Below, piece by piece: positions 46,171-64,000 of a stretch of 64,000 nucleotides of DNA; the stretch's first letter is position 1; every line of letters starts with the position of its first letter. Source of the stretch: Podarcis bocagei (Eukaryota); assembly GCA_964188305.1 (NCBI GenBank), contig OZ076886.1; one strand, given 5' to 3'. The position numbers and the translations under genes were made by a program. The notes below the pieces were generated by a model. It worked only from the letters and a program-made list of their open reading frames with translations, was not told where the DNA came from and did no database searches.

Positions 46171-49100
46171 TAATTCTTTTTTTAAAAAAAAACAACTCGC
46201 TGGCTGTTCCATTTATAGCAGCAGGAGTTTCAGCGGCGGATTTTAGCGGAAAGTGGAATAGAAGTTTTCCCCTCAGCCTGCAACGCTTAGCTTTCCTCTC
46301 AAACGCCTGTCTTCATTTGCCCAATTTACGAACCTGACCTCCTCCTAGTCCACATTTATTCACTCAAAACTACAGCGGTCAGCGTCCACGCCCTTGCTTA
46401 ATCCCGATCGCTGAAGGTTTGTCCTGCCTGCCCCTGTACACTTGTATTTCCTGACTACAGCAGATAAATGCGAGCGCTCAAATATGGAAGGAGATCAGAA
46501 CCTCTATGTTTTGCTTTGTGTTGTTTTTTTTTAAGGCGGCTGTAAAGAGAGGAAAAATGTCCCTCCCAGCCACCACTCCTTCACTTCCTATGACATTTGC
46601 TTTTGCAGCCCTATGCTACACCATTAAGGTTTCAGTTCTGTGCACAGAGAAGCAAGCTCCACTGAGCATAGTGAGACTTTCATCCAAGTAAATACACAGA
46701 GGTCAGACTGAACTGAACTCTTGCAGTTGTCACAACCAGTTGGCCTCTGGTCACACTAGGATGTCCTGCTGTAAACTCTCACAGTCTTGGGTACCCTCCT
46801 CCGACTCTTGTTCTCATACACTAGAAATGTTAGAAAGGAGGCCCTTAGATTTCACAATAGGTTGCATTTTGATTACTGTACTCTTCTTTTTGGCCAGGAC
46901 CCCAGAGTTTATGATGTGATGACATAACAAAATATAAGCTGCTAAAACATAGTTTAAGAGGATAAGTAGGATCAGAAAGGGGAAGCTTGTACCTGTTTCT
47001 ATTATGGTTAAGCAATTAATTGTAACAGTTGGATCCCCGCAGCCCCAGAAGTCAGAATCTAAGCAATGCTAGGAATATTGACTATTGAATTTCAAAGAGA
47101 TGAGACAGGAAATCTGCAGTAGAGTGACTGAGGCCTTGAGTATATTTTCTCTGTACTGATGTACTGTAGGGCTGTGAAATTTTCACAAGATGCCAAAGGC
47201 TAGCACACCACACCACACTATTCATTTATTTGTGAACACGAGTTGCACTAAAGCATATCCATAGTAAATAGTGTGGTAGTTATTGTTCACGTAAAAGTCA
47301 GCAGTGCACGTCAGCACTACCAACTTAAGCTATGTCTGGTTGAAGTCAGTGCTATTGTCCATCTTCTCTACCTGCTAATTACTCAAGTCCTGACCAAGCT
47401 AGACCAATCTTCATGACAGTCATTGGGTAGTGCTAGCTTGCAGAGGAAGGGCAGTGCTGCACAATGTTGTGTACGCGGATGCTGCTCCACTTTTCAAGCT
47501 GTAGGCCCTTGCACAAAACGGGAGCTACTACCAGGCATAGGGGAACCCCAAGATTTGTAGCAATACAAAAAAAAGTGGAAAAAAGCCAATGGAAGGAAAT
47601 CTCAAAGCAGACCAATGAGAACAGCATGCTCAGGAGCCAGAGACTGACTAACTGGTTTGAGGGAGGGAGTGGTTGGAATCTTTAATAGCAGCACTCAGCA
47701 GTGCATCGTATTGTTGCAGCTCCAACTTCTATATATATTTCCAACAACACATTGCAATAGCGTGGCCAAGAATTAGAATACAGAGGCAACGTAAATAGGA
47801 ACAGGCTCGGTTCTCGGTGAGAGATGCGTTGAATGTCTATGCAGAGTGCAGCAACCTACTAAACTATATAGTAATGAGTTCCTGCAGTACACTGACCATC
47901 ATAAGAGAGACAGTAGTGATCTGCTTTATGCCTGGGGCAGGAGCAAGAATAGGGGAAAAGTGAATAAGGGATCCTACAGAACAGAATCCCTTCCTTGTTG
48001 ATTCTGGGGGAGAAGAAAAGCATCTGCTTGGCTCAAGGTAGGACTGGGGGGAAACCTTGCATCAAAAACCCTAGCGAGCCACTGCCAGCCAGTGCAGACA
48101 GTACTAAGTTAGATAGACCAATGATCTGACTCAGAATCAGGTAGCTTTCTATGGCCCCAAAAGCAAAATGGATAGTATAAATTGAGCAGCCATGCTAAGT
48201 TACCATGAGTTTTAACATTGCACTATAGACTACTACTATAAGTTGAGGACAGCCGATAAGGATATGTTAAGAGGTAGCTTTCATGAGTTATATTCCCAGT
48301 TCCCACATATTGCAATTAGGGCAGAATAACAGGGTTTTGTGTCTTCTTAGGCTGTACCTGTTTAACTCAATGCTTTCCCCAATGCTAATTTTGTGAGAAT
48401 TTCCAGTCCATCTCAAATCATAGTTTTTCCAGTTATAGCACAGGTAACACGATTTAGCAGTGATGTGGACTGTGGGAAGCAGTAGCTTTGATCCACCCCC
48501 ATTACTGATGGGAAAGAGGCACTGGAAAGGGAAGCAATATGCCCATGTTCACAAGCTGAGTCAGTGAGAGGAAGTGGTCAGGAATGAACTGCCTTCATGC
48601 CATCTCTTTTTCAAGCCCTCCTCCCTTCCAGAGGTGGGAATAAAGCACTGTAGCTTTCAGTATGTTTTGAAACTACCAGTCCACTTGTTTTACTTTAAAA
48701 CTCCCAGTGTGTCAAACGAATGATCTTTTCCAAACTGAAGCATTTGTGCCCTCCAGAGAGATTTCAAGAGCAACCGCCTTGAAAAATTGCAATAGCATTT
48801 TGGTTACTCTTAACATCTCTCATTTGTGGTTTTCCTTAAAACACCAAGGTTCAAGAATTCCAGTATTTGCTGGCAAGCAAATGCAAGGTTTCCAGGCATC
48901 CTGAACAGAGACAAGAGCATGCCAAATGTGGCATTCCTCTTGAGTATACAACTTTAACATATATACACATCAGTTATCTAAATCTTATGTAAAAAGGATA
49001 TTATGCAAGTCAAATGGCCTGAAGACTGCACACACACAAACACACACACACATAGTTTAATCCAACTTGAAGATACCTAAACAGCTGATACATTGAAATT

Positions 49101-49584
49101 GGGGTATGATTCCTTACATAGGGCACCGGAGCCTGTCTTACGTGACAGGAAAAGGGGCAAGTTGCGTTAACAAGTCTGTGTTTGAGACATTTAACTTTGT
49201 GCTTCTGGGTTTTCAACATTCTCTAGTGTTATAGTGTCTTTTGTACCAACTTTCTTGCATAGTAGCCATGAGTTGTATGTGGACCTATTGAGAGGCCGCA
49301 CGGTTTCAGACAGCTCCAAGAAGCTGCAAGAACTGTAGGCAGTCTCACTGGCCTACAACTTCTGCACCCTGTTAGCTTTGGAACGCTGGGGATCACTGTT
49401 AACCAAGTGCTACCCTCCTGAGCAAGACTTTGCTCATCACCAGATGTGGCCTCCTTGCCTGACCATCATGAAGAGAAAAAAGTGCTCAATGGGGACCAGA
49501 TAGGGTATCAGAAGGCAATTTAAGAGGAAGACAGGTACGCTTGAGAGATGAAAAGTGGTTTGAGAAGGGCTTCAGTTCCCATGT

Positions 49585-49586
<2 letters not shown>

Positions 49587-49629
<43 letters not shown>
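49587..49629. repeat. (AC)n microsatellite
   Basis: Read directly from the sequence. Confidence 0.95.
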
Positions 49630-49630
<1 letters not shown>

Positions 49631-50507
49631 TTTTGTCCCACTGCCATCTCTGGTCAAAAAGATTTTGCAGTTTTTGAAAGTAATACCACAGCTATTAACC
49701 GGAGGTGAAAGTGGAATTCCTCTTCCAAACTGTCGTCAACATTGGGGGAAGGTGGAGTGAACAAACTACAGTGTATCTGGGTTTAGCTAAGAAAATTAAA
49801 AAAGGAACCAAAAAGGATCTCATAGCTCCAAGAAGTCTTACCTCTGTATGAACTGGGAAAGCAGCTAGCATGCTTCAAATCAAGTGGCATCCCTTTGCTG
49901 TTCAGTCCCTAATGCTTGTTATTCTCAGAATGACCCATTCACTTTTAGAACAGTTCACCCTAGTTTTCCAGTGCACCTCATTCCATCACTTCACTTGAGC
50001 AGACATCTCTTTAGAAGCCAACTTCAGTCGAACTAGAACAAGAAAGGAGCCTTGTAGCAGCATGAAAAACTGTTCTAGCATCCTAGCTAGCTAATGCAAC
50101 ACAAAAAAGTTAGTTTGTAATGTGCCATAAGCTATTGGTAGGCTGTCACTTTTTCAAGCCAAGCCTGAAAATATGTACATAGAAAAAGCAAAATTTAGAT
50201 TAAGGAAAAGAGTGACATTATAGCCAACTACAGTTGCCATACATCTTGCTGAAAAAGTTCTTTAACTATGATGATAAGCAGAGGCCCCAAAAGCAAAACA
50301 CAAATGTCCAGAGACCTTGCAATATAGTTGTACCTCTGGAGACTAATACAATTAGTTTTCTCAGAGACAGTGTTGATAATGGTTGATCTCTTACAAGAAC
50401 AGGAATGTCTGTGTACCATTAAAGTGGTTTATATTTTGTCTGCCCAACTTTCAATGGCCTTGAATGGATGGATTTTGTACTAGGAGACTTTGTACAACAC
50501 TATAGTT

Positions 50508-50643
50508 CAGTGTTGCCCAACCTTGGGCCTCCAGCTGTTTTTGGACTACAACTCCCATCATCCCTAGCTAGCAAGACCAGTGTTCAGGGATGATGGGACT
50601 TGTAGTTCAAAAACAGCTGGAGGCCCAAGGTTGGGAAACACTG
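50508..50643. mobile_element. Foldback hAT MITE (ACTACAACTCCCATCATCCC family)
   Basis: Near-perfect hairpin with CAGTG...CACTG ends and a perfect 8-bp TSD CTATAGTT. Confidence 0.9.
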
Positions 50644-51329
50644 CTATAGTTCATTACGTAACTCGACATGTGACATTTATTTCACATACAAATAGTGTAT
50701 TCTTTTGTAATCAGCAGGGTAGGAGCTTTCTACAAATATCAACATTCTATGGCTCTATCTATCTGTCTATCTATCTAAACACACAGGTCCAGTGAATCTG
50801 GCAATTGTGGAATGCTGGTGTAAACTTTAGGTAACAGACACGTGATCCCATTTTCACAGCTGTTTGATAATCTTAACTTTCCATCTTTAAGATGCTAGCA
50901 GAATTCCCACAAACTAAAAATTAAATAGTCTCAAAATATCACTTATATTGCTACTGCATTATTGATTGGCTAGTAAGTTAAAACTAGCTAATCCATTTTG
51001 TTAGCTGACCTCCTTAAAGTTGATCAGGACAGACAATACCCTCAATCTATGTACCTTCAGGCATGGCAATTAAACCATAGGTAAAGAATCTCACTGTGTC
51101 AGTGGCAAATGTGAGCACACATACTGCTCTCTAAGAAGATATATTCCATAACTTCCCATTCAGTGCCATCATTTAGCACCTGTCATTTGGAAGGCCCAAG
51201 TACTGTCTCCCGTCTTAGCGTTCAAACTTCTCAATGTCATCACAGCCCCTCGCTTCTTCCTCTTCTCTGCACCACCCTGTCTTAAGTCACACTTCAGAAA
51301 TAAAAATTCAGGTTTTTTTTAAACAAAAC

Positions 51330-51335
51330 TTTATT
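51330..51335 (-). terminator. PRKACA polyadenylation signal
   Basis: Minus strand reads TGTAAACATATTTGAAACTATTACCAATAAAGTTTTGTTT, about 2.1 kb past the stop codon, with an upstream TGTA. It resembles the PRKACA mRNA end as I recall it. Confidence 0.75.
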
Positions 51336-52359
51336 GGTAATAGTTTCAAATATGTTTACAACAAAGCACACTGTTAAAGAGGAAGTAGGGTTTGTTTTTT
51401 TCTCAGTGAAACAAGTTTTGTTGGATTACATAGAAGTGTTTTTTTCTGAGGCAGGGAGCTGGTGGGTATTTTAACTCCCGCTGTCTCCCCAACCCAACAC
51501 AGAAGAGGCCAATGAGCTATTGGTGGGAAGAGGACGACGAGGAGTTGGAGGGGCAAGCAAAGCTTGCCTGCTCCTGACAGCGCTTCTGTATGTGTTATAT
51601 GTCATCTATCAATCTAAAGAAGACTGCTTTGCTCCCCAGCCACAGAAAGAAAACAAAAGAAAACTAAACTGGTGAATATAGAGTGTGTTTGGAGTGGGGT
51701 AGGTGAAGACAGAACACAAAGAGGCATTGCATTGGAAAGGGAGGGGGAGGAAAGAGTCGGAACAAATTAAATGGAGAGAAATGGGCTCCCCCTCCTCATC
51801 TTTGAGTCACAGCTCCCTCCGCATCCATGAGAAAAGACTCTAATAAAACAGATGCCACCTCTCATTCCCTGTCAGAACTGCAGGTCAAAATGGAATGGGC
51901 CTTCCCAACACTTTCGTTTCTAAGCCCCTACCCCACCTCCATTTACACCGGGATTTACATTTTCCACTCCCTCCTTACCGTCTTAACATTAAAAAAAACC
52001 CCACATAGCAGGCCGATGGAGCCCTTAAGGACCGGTGCGATGGAGTTTCCACCAACAGACTGGAAAGATTGTTGTATTACAAAAACAGATGTCAGAGGTT
52101 TGAGTTGGGAAGGGTAGGATCCCAGCAGCCAATGCATTTTGCCTGCGACGGTCAAGCTCTATCTACATGGATTTTCTCCCACCCTGATGGCTCACCAAAC
52201 GGGAGAGGCCCCTTTGAACCATGGCAACTAGCTAGAGTCTATCTGATGTTTCACAGGGTGGACTAGATCCTGCTTGTTTCTCTTCCGTTCAGGCAGATGC
52301 TCCAAGAGTTGCCTGAAGTGGGGAAACTCATGTTGGGACATTTGGATTGGAGGGTGGTG

Positions 52360-52492
52360 NNNNNNNNNNNNNNNNNNNNNNNNNNNNNNNNNNNNNNNNN
52401 NNNNNNNNNNNNNNNNNNNNNNNNNNNNNNNNNNNNNNNNNNNNNNNNNNNNNNNNNNNNNNNNNNNNNNNNNNNNNNNNNNNNNNNNNNNN
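52360..52492. other. Assembly gap (133 N) inside the PRKACA 3' UTR
   Basis: Run of N. Confidence 0.99.
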
Positions 52493-53427
52493 AGAAAGAC
52501 AAATTGAGACAAGCTTCTTTCTCTCAGTATGCCTTTGCCAGCTGGCAACCAGTCACTGCTCCCTCCTACAGGTGTGAAAACTATTGCCCCCTTCTTTCCC
52601 CCAAAATAGGGAGACAAAGATTGGAAATAAAGTGTTTTTCTATCCAAAAAACACACACAAATTCTTCATGCTAAAACTCAGTTGTTTTTACAGAGTTAAA
52701 ATTCCGGCTGAATTTAATTTAACGGTGCGGGAGACAGAGCGTATAAAAAAGCACTGTGCCCTGCCTAGACTTTTAAAACCCTTTTTTATAAAGCCAGTCA
52801 ACTATTTCTTTAAACTTTTTATTTAAAGATAATAAAAGGGGCCTGGAAAGGGGGGGGGGGCTGATAAAAGGACAGGAGTTGTCCCATAGGGGAAGGTGAG
52901 AGGGTGGGGCCATTAACCTGTTCAGTGCTGGTCTAAACACCAAAGTGCTGTGTGGATGCGGTTATTTCTTGCCCTAACCCCCCCCTCCAGAAATTCTTGC
53001 AATGCCCCATGAACCAGACCTTTCATAGGGGGTGATGAATGGCAAATATATCCCCTTTCCCCTAAAAAATAAAATAAAAATAAAATAAAGCCACCCATAA
53101 ACCAGGGACTGTCCAATTAGGGTTTGTGTGTGGTAGTGGTGGAGTCAATATGAGGAGGAAGGGAATTTGTTTAAAACCTGCCTGAGAGTGGCTGGGAGCC
53201 ACCTTACAGCTTTCAGTGGGAGGTGGATGGATGGCACTCCGACTGCTGCCTTTTCCACAGCTTCAAAATGAACTCCCCTTTTCTCTCTTCTGCCCAAACA
53301 GATTCAGGTGAACCCCAACACTCTCCCACCTCCCCAAATTAACATATAGGCAAGGAACTCTGGCCCTTGGGGCTGATCAAATCCAGCCCTTCCTTTTCCT
53401 GGGCACACAAAGCAAGGGGGACTGGCC

Positions 53428-63196
<9,769 letters not shown>

Positions 63197-64000
63197 CTGA
63201 AAAAGGATTTGGAAAATAATAATATAAAAAGCAGAGGAAGACAATCTGGCAAGGACACCAGGCTCTAGTTATCAGATTTTGGGGGCCCTTAAGTGGCCGT
63301 GAGGGTTCAAAATGCCGGCTTACTAGTTTCATTTTAAAGATAACCCTTCAGGCAGTACCATGTCTTCCCATGCCATATTAAAGCAGCAACTGTTATTGAA
63401 GAGGATCATCCCTGTGGCGTGCCAACTCTTCTTCCTGAAACTTGCAGCGTTCTTGGGGTTTTTTACCACGAGGGGGCGCAAAAGGCAAGAGTTTTTAGAG
63501 AGAAAGACATACAATCCTCCTGCATACTGAACAGCAAGAAAATCCAACTGAATCCACAAAAAGGACTGTACATACACCCAACACTCACTACACTATCTGT
63601 AATAACCTAGAAACTAGCAGCAACAGGTTAAGCCTTAGAGCCTGACAAAAAAACACTAATATCCCCAAATATCACACTTATTGCAAAATACAACCAGATG
63701 TAATGACACCTTTACGTAGGGGGCAGCAAATGGAACAAGCCAAAACAGCGAGAGCATCCAAATTTCCGGGCCAATTTACACAGTCATTTTATTGCCATGA
63801 AGCAGTTATTTTGGCAGTCACCTTCTGGGAGTTATTTGCTGAAAAGCTAAAGCATCGGACTTGTTAGTTGAGCAGTGAGGTATTCATCAGATATTGCAGG
63901 GAAGAAAATACCTTATTCAGCTAGAGGGAGATTGCATTCCCCTTTCTGTAATATGGTCTGCTAACACCAAAGAGCATATGTGATAGGTGAAGGGCTTCTG

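Overview
This is vertebrate genomic DNA. The repeat content suggests a squamate reptile, probably a lacertid lizard (inference). Four intron-containing genes can be reconstructed exon by exon with consistent splice phases. (1) The last three exons of a CCN1/CYR61-like gene (+), diverged from CCN1 and probably a separate paralog absent from the six-member mammalian CCN family. (2) A complete PRR36 (+, 1281 aa). (3) A complete SAMD1 (-, 491 aa). (4) Exons 3-10 of PRKACA (-). Introns and intergenic DNA hold a young 5'-truncated L2 LINE with a stop-free RT frame, many hAT and Tc1/mariner MITEs with readable TIRs and TSDs, SINE/CR1 remnants, microsatellites and one 133-nt assembly gap. The most unusual structure is a 1.3-kb Tc2/pogo-type MITE in PRR36 intron 1, filled with a CpG-rich tandem array of a 148-bp self-complementary unit. 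Gene names come from recalled protein sequences; no database search was run.
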